A stretch of DNA of 63,979 nt, filler included, from Conidiobolus incongruus B7586 (GCA_000697335.1; 9 parts of 9 records of this genome joined end to end with filler, not necessarily neighbours in it); one strand, 5' to 3'. Positions 1-14,700 are shown, counted from the first letter of the whole stretch. Program-made: numbers and translations. The notes: generated by a model from the letters alone, not told the origin.

Positions 1-570
1 AAGCTTTAATTAAATTATAAGGTACCTATTTTGTATTTTTATTTATTAATTTGAGTTTAAACTTTAATATATATAAAATACTTATAAAACTAATATTAAA
101 GTGCTTAAATAATTGTCTAGCTAAAATAAAAAGATACTTTTCAATATATCTTTTCACTCTAATAATAATTAAAAAAATAACAGTTGAAGTTGGTTTTTTA
201 GATTTTAGTAGGTTTTAGATAGTTTCTCTCTTAGCTTTAAAGTAATTTACCTAGCAATAAATTGTTGATTTAGATAATACTTTATTATTAAAAGCTACTT
301 GTAAATTTTAAATAATTTTAGATGGCTTATGGTTAGGTTTTATAGATACTAAAATAAAAGACTTTTGATGATTATTATTTGGTTTAAGTATAAATAAATT
401 AAATAGCCAATTTTAAAAAATTAATTTTTTAATCAAAAAAATTATAATATATATATATTAAATATATATAATTTCCTATTAACTTTGTATATATTTATTT
501 ATTTCAAACTAATAATATATTTGAAAAATTGGAAATTAAAAAATTTCCTATTTTTTCAATTCTATGGTAA
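1..570 (-). mobile_element. Tc1/mariner element, 5' portion (cut by window start), degenerate
   Basis: Reverse complement aligns with 50793-51366, including the internal (TA)n. The TIR end ...tctatggtaa is followed by TA at 571-572. Confidence 0.85.
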
Positions 571-3500
571 TATTTTCAATTTAAATATAATTAATTAAAG
601 AATAATAAAAATTAATTTTTGAAATTTTAATAGTATTTGGAATATATTTTTTAACTTTAAAAAAGAATAACTAAATAAAAGAAAATTATTTTATAAAAGA
701 TATTATTTTTATAAGATATTTATAAATTATTAATAATATTAAAATATTTTTAATTAGGTTTTATAAATATCAAAACTAAAGACCTTTGGTTATTATTCAA
801 TATTAAGACATAAAAATAAATATTATAAAATTATAAATTATAATTATATAAATTATATATATTGATAAATTCTGTTATTTATTATGTATATAATATGTTT
901 CTATAAATTAAAAAGATAAATGAAGAATTAAAAATTAAAAAATTTAAATCAATAAAATTTCAGATAAATATAGAATATAAATCTTTATTGGAAATATTTA
1001 TTAAGCATATTTAATTCCAATTAAAAACTATATCAAATATTTTGGAGGTACTAAAGTTCGAGAAATAAACTGTTTAAATATGGGGATAGCAAAATTACTA
1101 AAATTAATGAATTACTGAATACTATTGAATTAATTATTATACAAAATTTATTTTATAAAATGAAATATGTAATTATTTACTCAAATTTTGCAGACAGTTT
1201 ATTTTATAAAATGATAAAAATAAATCACATGAATAATTTATTATGCAAATTTATATTTTTTAACCCGCCAAAATTACTAAAATAATCCAACTCTCATGCA
1301 ATTTTATAATATATAACCCTCTTGATGATAAATATTGAATTAAACTGTGATATGCTATTTAAAATTTTAAAAAATGGTACTAAATTATATTTATAAATAG
1401 TTCAGTAATTAGAATTTGACAATTAATAATTTTTTGTTCCATAAAAAATTAATTTGTTTCGAAATCATGTATAAATATGTCAAAAATATTAGATTTAATT
1501 TATGCTCATCAAATTTTTAGCAGTAAACTTATTAATAGTATTATAAAATAATAATCAATATAGTATTATCAAATATATTATAATTAATTATAAAAAATTG
1601 ATATGGCATTTAGATTATTATAATTGAGTATAATTTAATAACAATTGTAGTTGTGAAATAGCCTAATTTTAAGTTAATAATTTTTGAGAATTATACCTTT
1701 TCAATTATTACTTTCAAATTTATAAAGTTAATATATCAATACTTTGAAATATTGATATTATTAATATTTTAAGTTATTAAGTTTTAGAGTGAAAATGAAT
1801 GATTTTAATTTATACAGTGAATATTTAGTTTATATCGATAATAAATACAAATGATATAGTTGAAGAATGATTTATAAGTTTTTTGTGATGTTTGATTATC
1901 AAATGTTTAATATGACTTAAATTAATCTGATGACTTTAATAGGGATTAAATTACCATATATCACTTGATCTAGTGTATGCCAATCCTCTAGCAGGCTTAA
2001 TTATATAATTGTAGCAATTAAAGATATTTAGTAACTTTAAAGGATAATTAATTTTTATTTCATGAATTCATAATGTTCGTATTCCATATAGTATGTAAAA
2101 GTTTGCAAAGTTGTGACGAATTTGAACTAATTTTAAAATTTTCAAATACTCTTCATAATATAGTCATAGAAAAGTGATCTGAAGATTATATATATATATG
2201 TATTTCATATTCAAAATCAGCATTTCTGAATATACACTGTTATTTGATTATTCATAATAATCGTAGACATTTTATTCATTAATAATTGATATTGCTTAAA
2301 TAATCATAATTTATGAAATATAACCAAAATAGACAGAATAAATTAATAGAATTAAAAGTTGTGAAATATTATTAAAATAATTATATAATATTTGAATATC
2401 AACCTATTTTTAGTCTAATATTTAATCTGCCTTATTACTTAATAATTATTCTTATCCCTCAAAAAATACAAAATTAAAAACAAATAATAAAGAAAATGAT
2501 TGGCGAATTAAAGCAAAATAATAACAAAGAGTGCCAATGGAAAAAATTCTAATATAATTAATTTGCCAAACTATGATCATTGAAAAAATTGGCAAAAAAT
2601 TCCAATTTTAAATCAGTCAAAGATTATTAAATTAATGGTTACACTAACTAAATAAAGCCCAAAAATTAATATTTTCTCATTAAAATGTCAAATTTAATGT
2701 TACTTAATTTTAAGATTTTATAAATAACCCTGTTCAAAAGGTAAATTTTGATCATTGTTTAAAAATGCCAATCTTAATTGGATTGTAATGTCGGGTTACT
2801 TTTATAACTTATTTGAGTAATTATTAAGCATATTAACTATGATTTTAATATAAAATTTTTTGTAATTATTATTTAATTATTTTATAAATTTTTTGTATAT
2901 AGCTATTAATAGCTAAAATCTATTATTTATGGAAACATAAAAAGATAAATAGGTAATAATATTAATTTTGGTTAGAATTGATAATATGTCATAGTAATAA
3001 AATTTTCCTTTGAGTTTATCCAAATTATTAAATTAACTTGAATGCAAATCCTCGATAATCTTATTTACAAAGAAGATTAGCATATTGATAGAAATCTTGG
3101 GTCCTGTATATTAATGTCATAAGAATAAAATAAGGATAGTATGGTGATATTAAAACAAAATAAGAAAATGTGAATTTAATTAATTTATAGTTAGTTAGGA
3201 GTGAATATTCGTTCATATATACAACGTGAATTGATTGATTTCAATCAAATCTGGTTGGGAATGGCTAAAATAGAGAGATACTGGTGGGTGGTAATTTAAT
3301 AGGAGTATAAATAGAGGCATTGATTTGCTATGGCTCGATTTTTTCATTGCCCAGTTTTAATTTCTATATTTTTCATTTTATATAAATTGAAATTTGAATA
3401 TTTATTATTTGAAATATTCTCTATTTAATTTATTTTTAATATTTATTTTTGTTTATATTTAATTCTGTTTTGAAAGTAAACTTGCCAATTTATAGCAACA

Positions 3501-3580
3501 GTTTATTTGTCATACTCGAGGGTTATTTTTGTCCACTTTAACACTATACTATATCATCAAATTTAATTTAAGGTCATTTC

Positions 3581-4627
3581 ATGGAAACTATACAAAAATT
3601 TCCATCGTTAGTGATAAACACTTCAAAAGATCATAGCAACGAGCTCAGTTATAAAAGGCCAATTCCTTTGCCAACACCACTTAAATTGGAGCTTGATCCC
3701 AGAAAGTTCTATGTTGCTGAACCAAATCCTATACAAAGTCCAAATGAAGATCTCGATCCAAGGCTCCAAGAAGCACTGGAGAGGATTCAGGAGCTGGAGA
3801 ATGAGAATCGGCTACTCAAAACCGCTCAATGTCCCAAATGTTCACATTCAATTTGCAATATAACTGATCCTCTGCAAGGTGTCATGAGTCAAGTGAACTT
3901 CCTCAAAGAGCAGTATATGGAACTTCGAAAGGAATATTACAACTATCGAGTTCGCAACCCACCCTGTGCCAAGACCTGGGCCACCTCGCCCAGTCAAGCC
4001 AAAACTCCTACACTCTCTATATGTGAAACTTCCTCCTGTTCTTCCATATCAGAAGCTGCATCTTCACCATCATCTTCTCCTCATAGCTCCTTGATCAAGC
4101 AACGATCGATAGACGCTTGGCGAGAGCAGTCTTTAGAACTGGCACACTCACCACCTCTTGATGAGCTTACGCTCGTAGATGAAGGTGAGGAATTAGCAGA
4201 GCGAGAGACACCAGTCCACTCTCGTAAGTGCTCTACGACTCTTACACCGGATCATTTGTCACCCAACAGAAAGAAGAGTGAGCACAAAGTACGCTCATTT
4301 CATTACAGTAAAGCTTTCATCAAATTACTAGGTGTGGATCCTTTCAATCGTCCAATCACACCATCACATTCATCTAACTCATCTCTTAATTATAGTGATA
4401 TTCGCGACTTCTCAACGCGGAGTTGGTGCATTCCTCCTTCGAACCAAATTAAGAGCAACAATCACCGTACTCAGGGTCCTTCTAGCACTCGCAGTGTTAT
4501 GATGCGCAGGAACTCCAAACGCTTCAGTGGCTTGTGGAGGATGGATCATAACAAGTCCGATTCCAGGCTCTCTTCCAACTCTCACAACCTCCATTTACCT
4601 CCACCCATCCAAGTCCATCCACGTTAA
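3581..4627 (+). CDS. Hypothetical protein: N-terminal coiled coil plus CxxC, Ser/Pro-rich disordered C-terminus
   Basis: 348-aa intronless ORF in a GC-richer island. Contains RLQEALERIQELENENRLLK followed by CPKC. No family recognised. Confidence 0.75.
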   Translation: METIQKFPSLVINTSKDHSNELSYKRPIPLPTPLKLELDPRKFYVAEPNPIQSPNEDLDPRLQEALERIQELENENRLLKTAQCPKCSHSICNITDPLQGVMSQVNFLKEQYMELRKEYYNYRVRNPPCAKTWATSPSQAKTPTLSICETSSCSSISEAASSPSSSPHSSLIKQRSIDAWREQSLELAHSPPLDELTLVDEGEELAERETPVHSRKCSTTLTPDHLSPNRKKSEHKVRSFHYSKAFIKLLGVDPFNRPITPSHSSNSSLNYSDIRDFSTRSWCIPPSNQIKSNNHRTQGPSSTRSVMMRRNSKRFSGLWRMDHNKSDSRLSSNSHNLHLPPPIQVHPR

Positions 4628-6029
4628 ATTGTCCGTCTCTAACATTTTACAGTTCTCAACCACGGTGAGAATTTCCCAGGTTTTACACATTCATATCCTT
4701 CCATATTTTATTCTATTGTATTTGTATAATATCACCATCATATTTTCTAAACATATTATTGCCTAGCATACATAAAATTGACACAGTCAATAACATAATA
4801 ATGATAATTTTTGCATCAATCGATAATCTTCATTTAATTTTCCAAATCATTCCATAATCTTGATATTCTAAAAATTTGAGACTTTTTTATGATTTTGAAT
4901 AAGGAATTATTTATTAATATCCATTTAATTTCAAATTAATGTTTTTGTTTCAAAATAATGTACTTTTTCCTTTATGCATTCATTATTTTTGCTTTAATTT
5001 TTATCTCCGTTTATTTTTACTCTTTTTTTCAATTTTTTATATAATTTATATAATTTTTGGAATTTGTAAAATTATTACATCATAATAAATTTAATATTTA
5101 TCATACTTTATTTTTTTTAAAAAAAATGTACAATGCTAATGTAATTATTAAAAATAAATTTAACAAAATTAATTTAACATAATTTTATTTTGTATTTTTA
5201 TTTTCAATATTTATTTCTATATATATATATATAATTACGTAAATAATATAAAATTTAAAATTTGTATAATAATTATAATTTGATTTATATAATATTCTAA
5301 ATTATTTGTACTTTTTTTAAAAAATTATATTAATAATAACAAAATTTATTAAATTTAAATTAAATAATAAATCTTTTAGTTATTTTGATTGAAATATATA
5401 TATATATATATAATCATAATTATCAAAATAACGTAAAAAATATATTAATATTATTTGAAATAATTATTAATTTAATTTACATAATAAAATTACTTTTATT
5501 TAAATTTATAGCTTAATTTTAATATTAGAATTATACTTAAAAAAATATTAATATTTAAAATAAAAAGGAAAAATCTAAGAATTAAAAAGTATGCTGTTTG
5601 ATTGATATAATTTTATCAAAAATTTAAATTAGTTAATGTTAAAAATATCTATAAATTGAATAATAATTAGATTATTTTTAAATAAATAGTTTTTTTTCTA
5701 ATGCTTTAATTAAATATTATTTTAATTATATTTTTATGTAATTTATTAAAAATATTATAATTTGTAAATTTATATTTCTAGAGAATTTATAATTATATCT
5801 GAAATATACTTGATATTGAAAATTATTTATTGAAATTATAAACAAATATAAATTGAGATATATATATTCAAATAATTTGGATAATTAAATTATAATTAAA
5901 TATGGTATATTTATTATTATCAAATTTGTGAATTTTAAAGACTTAATTTATGATATTTTTAATTTAGATATTCTAAATTATTATTTATATTAATTTTTAT
6001 TTTTGAAAAAATAAAACAATTTTAATTTA

Positions 6030-6129
6030 NNNNNNNNNNNNNNNNNNNNNNNNNNNNNNNNNNNNNNNNNNNNTTAATTAATTAANNNNNNNNNNNNNNN
6101 NNNNNNNNNNNNNNNNNNNNNNNNNNNNN
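6030..6129. other. Assembly spacer (N44-TTAATTAATTAA-N44). Identical spacers at 11957-12056, 18965-19064, 35699-35798, 42476-42575, 49346-49445, 60374-60473, 62785-62884
   Basis: Fixed 100-bp layout with a six-frame-stop linker, repeated 8 times. Confidence 0.97.
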
Positions 6130-6600
6130 ACAAAATCTATATGTCTTACAACCACGCTATTGATCTGTAATGGCCTATTTATGCCAACCCTTCCCACTCA
6201 ATCCAAAAAAGGACTTTCTATTCTACTCCACAAATAAACCTTATTTTCCTACTAAAAACCTGCTCTCAAACATACTCAAGAGGCCGCTTATAGCTTCACT
6301 TGAGACATATTCTATTATCCGTCTGCATCCATTCCTATTGATATTCTGTGACTTTGCCTTCTTAGCATGTCAAATCCTCACACTGCCACTACTACTGCTG
6401 ATTTAGTCGCCCTCTTTAATGCCCCATTCAACAGTAATCATGGTCAGATCGCCAGGGAACTGATCATCGGCAGTCTACCTCAGTTTGTAGGCACAATGCT
6501 TCACAATCTGGCTTACACAATGGCTATGTCAGTATCCTCGATGACGCTCAAGGAGCTAATAACCGTGACACATGGAAAAATGACAAACATGAAATTGATG
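6130..6600 (+). pseudogene. Degenerate coding remnant of unknown family
   Basis: GC-richer island. One frame runs from 6130 into ORF 6367, broken only by TAA (6235, 6253) and TGA (6301, 6349), each one C->T away from CAA/CGA. Confidence 0.35.
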
Positions 6601-6754
6601 AAATGGAGACTAAAAAATATTCAAAAAAATTATATTTTTGTAATTGTCACAAAAAATAACTTAAATATATGGTTTATATCAAATTCTTTATTCACAAAAA
6701 ATGAACTAAAATTATTAGATATTTTATAATAAGTTTGGTATTCACAATAATTAA

Positions 6755-8713
6755 TTATTGCTTTTTTTCTTTAAGGTCATTTAGCTTGGATTCAATTTCT
6801 TGCAATTGAGCTTCAAGGGAACGAATGTGTTTCACCAAAGTAGGATTCAATTCATCTTGAATGGGGCGATAGTAAATGGGTGAAATTTCGGGAACTTGGC
6901 TAATATCTTCCAAGCTTTGACCAACGTAAACACTGCGGCGATGTCCTCTTTGCTTGGAAATAATGTCGTTTTCAAAGACGGCGAACCAACGTTCATAGAA
7001 GAAAATCATGATTAAGACTGGAGAGAATAATAATCTAATTAAACTTCTGTTCAATCTGGCATAGGTTCTAGCACTGACGAATGGGTAAAGAGGATAGACG
7101 ATAAAGATTTGGATCAAATTGAAAGGAGGGACGAAAGGGAATAAGTTGTCAGAGTTGACAAATTCCATAACCTTAACAGTAAAGTTGTATTGATGTTCCA
7201 ATTGGGCATTTTCGGAAATCTTTGAAAAACTCTTGCTTAATACTGAAATAAGAATATTCATAAAGTAAAGGGCACAGATAGAGACATAGATAACCATTAA
7301 AACTTGGGGGAAGAGACTCTTGTAGCTAGCAACTCGATCGAATCCATGGAAAGATGATCCAAAGAAAATTCTGACTAAATCGCTGAATACATCAAGTGAA
7401 CTGTACTCAGGATCTCCAAGGATTCTAGGCGGAACTAAAAACATAAGAGCTTGGAAAAATCCAATGAAGATGACGACAAACATGGCAAAGAATAAGGCAG
7501 TATCTCTGATCATATATTTCATAGAAATAATCATGGTTCCAAAGAATGGGTAGCGATCCAGAATGGTTAATAAACGAGGCCAAATCAAAGCAGCATTACA
7601 TGCCAAAAGATCCAATGATTCTTCAAATAGCTTATGATTATTATGCTCAATACTATACATTCTCATACCGAAAGAGGTCCAAAAGATAACATAAATGCAA
7701 ATATCCAAATAGTTCCATACATTTTGGAAATAGAACTGTAATCCACCATCAATTACTTGACGACCTTCTTCAATGGTAAGGGCAAGGACTAATAAGTGAA
7801 GCAAGACATCAGAGGCAAGAAGTTGAGGTTCAATAGTAGTGTGATAGCCACCATTGAATAAGAGCGATGTAACCTTAGCACTGGTCTGGAAAAGAACAAG
7901 AGAGAATAAAACGATCAGAAGAATGAAGACAAGGATATTGAACCAGTTTTGATAGACTGGGACACGAATTCTAGAAACTCTAAAAATACCACCAAAGGAG
8001 AAAGGTAATGGTTTATGGAGAACAGCACCGTGAGTCAAACTGCTATGTGTTGAAGCGTCGTTTTGATCACAATAGAATCGGTCGCTGTCGACTTGGTGGG
8101 AGTGGAACATGATTTCACCTCTCCAAATGGCTCTAACAACATTTTGAACCAAGGGGGATCCGGTAAACAACTTGGCACCAGCACGAGCAGCGATACCTAA
8201 AGCACTCTCTCTTTCAGAATCGTCACTGGCCTTGTAGAAATTAGAGCTCATCTGGCGCAACTGGCTGAAGGAGCTAACAGAGGAAGCTTGACTAGGGGAT
8301 TCGAGAGAATTTAAACCTTGCTTAGGAGAAAATTCAGTAGTAAGCACTTGCACCAACTCAACATAATTATTGCGATAGTTGGATAATAAATCAATAGCTA
8401 ATAATTGACAGGCCATAGCTCTGGTTTTGTTAATTTGTGCATAACCTACATCAACAACTGCATCATACATAAAGTCAGCATAATTCAAAAGGGCGACATA
8501 GACGCAGGTTTTGGTGTTGAGACTAGTAAGATATCTGAGAATGGGTTGAAGATGCTTAGACTGAATTTCAACACCTTGAAGTTGAGCAACAGAGTAAGGA
8601 GTATCAAAATCTCTGATAATGGTACATCTTAATTTAGAGTAGAGGCCAGCGATAGGCTCTTGACGCAACTCGTCAATTTGATTAGCTAATAATCCAATTC
8701 TTTCTTCGTCCAT
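6755..8713 (-). CDS. YVC1: Vacuolar TRP-family Ca2+-activated cation channel (YVC1/TRPY1-like)
   Basis: 652 aa with multiple TM helices. Motifs SALGIAARAGAKLFTGSPLVQNVVRAIWRG, YFQNVWNYLD, WPRLLTILD, MNILISVLSKSF, SDNLFPFVPPFNLI, and a C-terminal coiled coil. Confidence 0.88.
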   Translation of the reverse strand: MDEERIGLLANQIDELRQEPIAGLYSKLRCTIIRDFDTPYSVAQLQGVEIQSKHLQPILRYLTSLNTKTCVYVALLNYADFMYDAVVDVGYAQINKTRAMACQLLAIDLLSNYRNNYVELVQVLTTEFSPKQGLNSLESPSQASSVSSFSQLRQMSSNFYKASDDSERESALGIAARAGAKLFTGSPLVQNVVRAIWRGEIMFHSHQVDSDRFYCDQNDASTHSSLTHGAVLHKPLPFSFGGIFRVSRIRVPVYQNWFNILVFILLIVLFSLVLFQTSAKVTSLLFNGGYHTTIEPQLLASDVLLHLLVLALTIEEGRQVIDGGLQFYFQNVWNYLDICIYVIFWTSFGMRMYSIEHNNHKLFEESLDLLACNAALIWPRLLTILDRYPFFGTMIISMKYMIRDTALFFAMFVVIFIGFFQALMFLVPPRILGDPEYSSLDVFSDLVRIFFGSSFHGFDRVASYKSLFPQVLMVIYVSICALYFMNILISVLSKSFSKISENAQLEHQYNFTVKVMEFVNSDNLFPFVPPFNLIQIFIVYPLYPFVSARTYARLNRSLIRLLFSPVLIMIFFYERWFAVFENDIISKQRGHRRSVYVGQSLEDISQVPEISPIYYRPIQDELNPTLVKHIRSLEAQLQEIESKLNDLKEKKQ

Positions 8714-11700
8714 GAAGTAGAATAGAGGTTAATTAACCTAAAAATCAATTTAAAAAATTATTTCCAATCCTAATCTCAATTATCTTTTTATATTTAGAAT
8801 AAAATAGAAAACAAGTTTGATTTCACCTTCAAATAATAACTCCTGTTTAATTTCACTTAATCATTTATCATAATTGGTTGAATTTGAAAATTTAACGGAT
8901 TAATTGAATAGAATTTGCGTTGAATATGTAAAATTAGAGGATGCATAGGGCAAAAATCCAATCAGAATAGGAAATCTTTGGTGGTTCACTTCATGCTTCA
9001 TCAAATTATAAATTGATATTGACGAGTATTTTCATACAATTAGGTGAGATTTAAGCTTATAACCATACTTTTTCAGTCACTTTAATTCGCATGAATACAA
9101 TTGAAGTGAAATATTCTAGGAGTCCAGCTATCCAATCAAATCCTACAGTATCCTCAATAAGGTAAGAAATATAAAATTACAAACTATTAAAAATGTTTGG
9201 AATATTATTTGGAAAAAAATTGTTTGTCATGATTTAACTCAACTTAATCCCTCTCATCCAAAAAATTAAAAAAAAATCAAAATATAACTTGGGGAATGTT
9301 AATTCAATAAATTTTTAATTACTGAATTAATAAAATTTAATTTTCAATTGAAAGAATGAAATCAACAATTAGATGTATTAATTCTGATAAAATAATGCTG
9401 GATAATTAATAATTCAAATTTAATCCCACAATCTTATATATTTAAACTTAAAATTAAATTCACAAAATACCAAGTCAATTTAAACTAGACCTTAGTAAGT
9501 CCTTAAACTGCTAACACCATTCCATACCCCATAATACCATTTACAATCCCCTCCCACTCTTGAGTATACTGTTATTACTTCATCCCCAATAACTTCCCAA
9601 TACAAACAAAACCCTTAACTCTGGAACCGTATCTTTGGGTGGATCCCACAAGTTGCGGATCAATATATTCTGCAAAATATCGCTTTTATTCGTCCTTAGG
9701 TCTAATAAAATTTTCTTCATTCATTAAAAATTTAAACTTAGCATTTTGAATATCAATTTTCTTTTATCACAATTACAACGAAATGACATCAATAATAAAT
9801 TATGATTTCCCTAAATTGATTAATTGATGAATCATGATCCAACATTAACTAATGAAGAGACTGAATTAATAGTTCAATTTAATTTTTACCCCATATTTAT
9901 AATTCAATAAATGCTTTAGAACCTTGCGAAGATTTGACTCGTTCATGTCAAGTTAAAGAACTGGTAAACTAACATAATGTAATATAATTTATTCTATACT
10001 TTCATCAATATTTATATATTTTAATTGATTGAGAAAATTCAACAAAAAATTAAATGCAATAGAAAATTTATTTAGTAGTAAACTAACAAATGAAGAACAA
10101 TTAAAATAATTAAATATTAAATTTAGTCAATTTACTAAGAGAGATCAAAGGTCATTCTACTTAAATTTGCCTATTTTTAAAAGTGATGAATTACTAAATA
10201 AATCAAATAATAGCTCATAAAATTCAAACGCTGTTATGACATACCAGGTATTTTTATAATGTAATTTATAGTATATCAATATTTCATTTTAACATTGAAT
10301 TGTATATTGATTTTATAGCATAAAATGATGATAGTAATCATATTTTATTAATAATCACAATAAAATTTAAACTATATAATTATTTAATTTATTTAAAATT
10401 TTAAATAATATCAAATTTAAAAAAATATTTTTATAAATTATTTCAAATATTGAATTAATATATTTAAGTCTCATCATTATTATATTTTAAAAATATACTA
10501 CTATAAAAAATCAATTCAAACATAGAATAATTTATATTCTATAATTTTTATTTTAAACAATTTAGGTTATTCATAAAATTGTTTAAAAATATATATTAAA
10601 AATTGATTCTTGTTTATATAATAATATTGATCAAATTACCCAATTTCATTAGCGTTATTAAAATAAGTTTTTAGCTTGAAATTATATTATTAACTGCAAT
10701 TTTAAATTTCTTAAATAATGTACTTTCAATTTAGATTAATTGATTATGAATTTGTAAGCCATAATTATTAAATAGCATATAATAAGTGTAGAATATTGAT
10801 TTTAATCAATTTAATGTGTATATATGTATTGAACTATATTTACAAATATCAAAGTGTTAAAAATAATCTAGTATTTTTAATATTCAATAATAATGTTAAT
10901 TCATATTTAACAACATGAAACTTTAATATATCCATCTTGAAATCAAAAATTAAGTTGTTTATAGGCATAATAATAAATCTTTAAGAGTATACACATAACC
11001 GTAGAATTTTTTGTATGGTATAATAACTCTTTGAATTTAACGTTTAGTTTATATTAGACCAAATTTCAAGAATTATTAATTTCGTCTAATATTAATTTAC
11101 ATAATAAGATACAATTATTTTTAATTTTAATATTAATTATGAAATTTAAGATGGGATTTAATTGCTAAAAGCTTTTTAATTTTTATAACCTGTAAAATAA
11201 TTAAAAATTTTTTTCATAAATCATTTATAAATTAATTATTTTTAATTAATTAATTAATTTCAAAAAATAGAATTCTGTATGACTATAGATCAAATAAGCG
11301 TATTACGTTAGGCTAAATAGTTTATATTACAATTAAATTGCATGATTAATGGATTTTTATATATTTAATCAGATGATCAATATGATATACAAAGATTCGG
11401 TAATAAACTTTAATTCATCTAGTATTAACCTTGAATCAATTCATTACGACTATCTGTTGAATACTATAAGACATTGAATATCAACGAATTATATTATAAA
11501 TACAAATTATTGATCAAATCATTTATTATTTAATTATTTCAAGTATTCTGAAATAGAAATATTCCTAATCATCCCTTTAATAAAAATATTCGTTCAATAT
11601 AAAATATTATTCAATTCACAAGAATTAATTAGCCCTATTTATATAAATTATTAATATTATTAATATTATCAGTATTATAATATTCATTTTACAATCAAAA

Positions 11701-14700
11701 TTTATTTAATTTAAAATTTATAGATAATATTGGTTAAATTTAAAATATATAGATAAAAATCTCAATATATATATAGGATTTAAATTTGTACTCATACAGG
11801 AAAAAGCTTTGACAAAGTATAATATTAACTACTATTTAAACTATTTCTAAGAAACTTGCTTTATTTTAATTATTAAGTAAAAATCAAATATAATATATTT
11901 ATTTTTTTTAAATTATAAATTAAAATTATTATAGAATTATCAAAATATATATTAAANNNNNNNNNNNNNNNNNNNNNNNNNNNNNNNNNNNNNNNNNNNN
12001 TTAATTAATTAANNNNNNNNNNNNNNNNNNNNNNNNNNNNNNNNNNNNNNNNNNNNATTTTGTCTGATTTAAGGAATTTTGACTAATTTATTTAAATATA
12101 TTATAAATTTAAAATTTAATATAATTTATTTTCTGATCAAGTTATTTAATTATATAATCAATAATATGTTGATAATTACTTTCATATCAGTGTATTAATA
12201 TATTAAAAAAATAATTTTAATTTATTTTAAATAATAATATTTTTTTAATTATAAAAAAATTTCCAACTTGTATTAATTATATAAATATCATAATACCCAC
12301 TTACATTTTTTTAAATTATTTTGTTCAACCTGATTAAACTTAATAAATTTAATTAAATTACAAAAGTTATATCAAGCGTTGAATATGTTTTAATAATACC
12401 AGATGAATCAAAACTCTTCAAATTATGCCGCTTCTCTATGTGATATGATGATATTTATGTTTATACTCATTCAAACCTTATTGAACCCTATACAAAATAC
12501 TTATAGATAAACTCTCCTTATTTTATAGGTAACCAATATTATTAATCTAGAAACTACTTTATTCAAGATACCCCTATTACTACCCCCAAATTATTTTTTC
12601 ATATATAATAAAAATAATGAAGATTATTATATTTAGATGTTTTTTAAATTTATAAGTTCAAATCTTTGGTAAATTTGTCTAATCATTATTTGAATTATAG
12701 GTTATAAATGTATTATACTACAATGTAGTTTATATTTGGTTTAAGATTGAGTCTTTGTGCCTTAATTTGACAAATTTTGATAATATTTATATATTTGGAT
12801 TTTGAATATTACAGTTAAAAATATTAAATTAAAAAGAATTCTATGCAATAAAATAATTAATTGAGACTTATAATTTTAAATTATAGTCTTATTTAATAAT
12901 ATTATTGCGAGTTCATATTACATATTTTTCGAAATATGTAAATATGTGAAATATATATCAATTTCAATAATTAAAAGTGAAATTAATAGTCCGCAATAGT
13001 AAAATTAAGTGTTAATTATTGTTTGAGAATTATATAATTGTTAAAATAAATAAGAAGAGGTAAAGTATTGGGTTATTAACTACTTTAAATTTACAATAAT
13101 ATTATAATATTTAGATGTAGTTAGTGAATGTAATATGAATTTCAATTTAAGATTGGATTCTATCAGTTGAAATATATATTAATTAATCCCAATATCAACT
13201 GAAAAAAAATTTTTCGTGATTGATAATATTTAATTTTAAGATAGACCATTGGATATTATTATTTCTAAATCAAAAAAGAATATGAAATTTGGTAAAATAC
13301 TTGACATTATTCGAATATATTGGAATTATATACAAAAAAAGATAATATATAATCATCAAAGCTAAATATTTAATATTGGAAAGAAATATTTTTAATTTGC
13401 TAAGGCGAAAAAACAGTATGACATTTTCCTAATCTTTATACTTATAACATTGGTATTTAATTAATGTATTAGTATACCAATATCTTATTTGACTCAAATT
13501 ATTTATTGATATCTGAAATCTTTTTGTTATAAATTTTAGAAAAATTTTGAACAGTTTTCTCAATGTACAACTTTCCTGATCCTTCTCGGATGAAACAAGT
13601 GATTTATTAAACATTATATCATTATGCCGAGATATAAAAAAATTTTTATCCAATAAATATTTTATTCAATATGCTGAATATTATTAAATTGATTATTACA
13701 TAATTATAATTGAACAATTTATTTTGTTATATATTCGATTTGAAAAATATATTAACTTCATTAAAATCAAAAATAAAACTGGTTGGAAAAATGACTTTAA
13801 GATTTACAATAGAGAAGCTGCCATTATGCAAAAAATAATTTGTTAATAGCCGAGTCAAACTGCTTAAACACGGGAACAGTTGTTTTAAATTAAAATGAAG
13901 TTATAATCGGGTAATTATATCAATTTAAGTATAAAATATCCTATAAAAATATATTCCAAATAATAATTAATAAAATATTCATTGGATATTCAAGGTTGTA
14001 TATATCAATACTGTTTAAATTGTCTTATTGAAATTCAATAGTTTTGAAATTAGATAAAAATTATATAATATTAAAAATTACTATACAACTGAAAAATAAT
14101 GTAATTTTTTTAATTATTTAGAATTATAATAATTAATAAAAAAAGCAAAAATCCAATTCCAAATATTTTCTTTTACTAATTCAATTGGTACAGTTTTTAG
14201 CTATTGTATATTGTATTTAGGATCAACTTGATACATCACTAGAGAAACTGGTTCGATTTAATACAAATATAGTTTTTTTGAGAAATATTTGTTGAATCAA
14301 AAATTTGTGGATGATAGGTTGGTAACCTAATGTGAATTTGAGAAAAAGCTTATATGCTCACTCAATGAAAATATTCAAACTTAACGAAATTCAATCACAT
14401 GTTGCGAATTTAGAACGTAATGACTTGCTTTTCAGTTTCCTTGATTTTGCGGATAAAAGAGAGATTGCTATTGCCATTCAATATATATTATGGCTTGTAA
14501 AGCTTGAAAGAAAAAGTTGATATATTTTAATATAAATGATAAGAATATGAAGTACATAGTGGATAAATTGAATAAAAATAGAGCCAGATTTCCATATCAA
14601 AACTTGAATTTACGGTTATATTATCCATTATTTTATGTATTCAATCACTTGTATATAATCATTCAATTCAATTTAATTTAGTATATATATTTCCTAAGTT

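Noticed and set aside
6074..6085. Recurrent TTAATTAATTAA palindrome within N runs
   Set aside because: Artificial six-frame-stop linker used to join contigs; not biological.
9480..9725. GC-richer island with peptide-like minus-strand frames
   Set aside because: Short, stop-interrupted in all frames, no recognisable motif.
10800..14520. Possible decayed F-box/LRR-like remnants (similar texture near 1000-1900, 29000-29900, 50000-50700) and ORFs 13429 and 14332
   Set aside because: Too degraded to support a call by eye; the ORFs are short, AT-rich and lack ATG starts.
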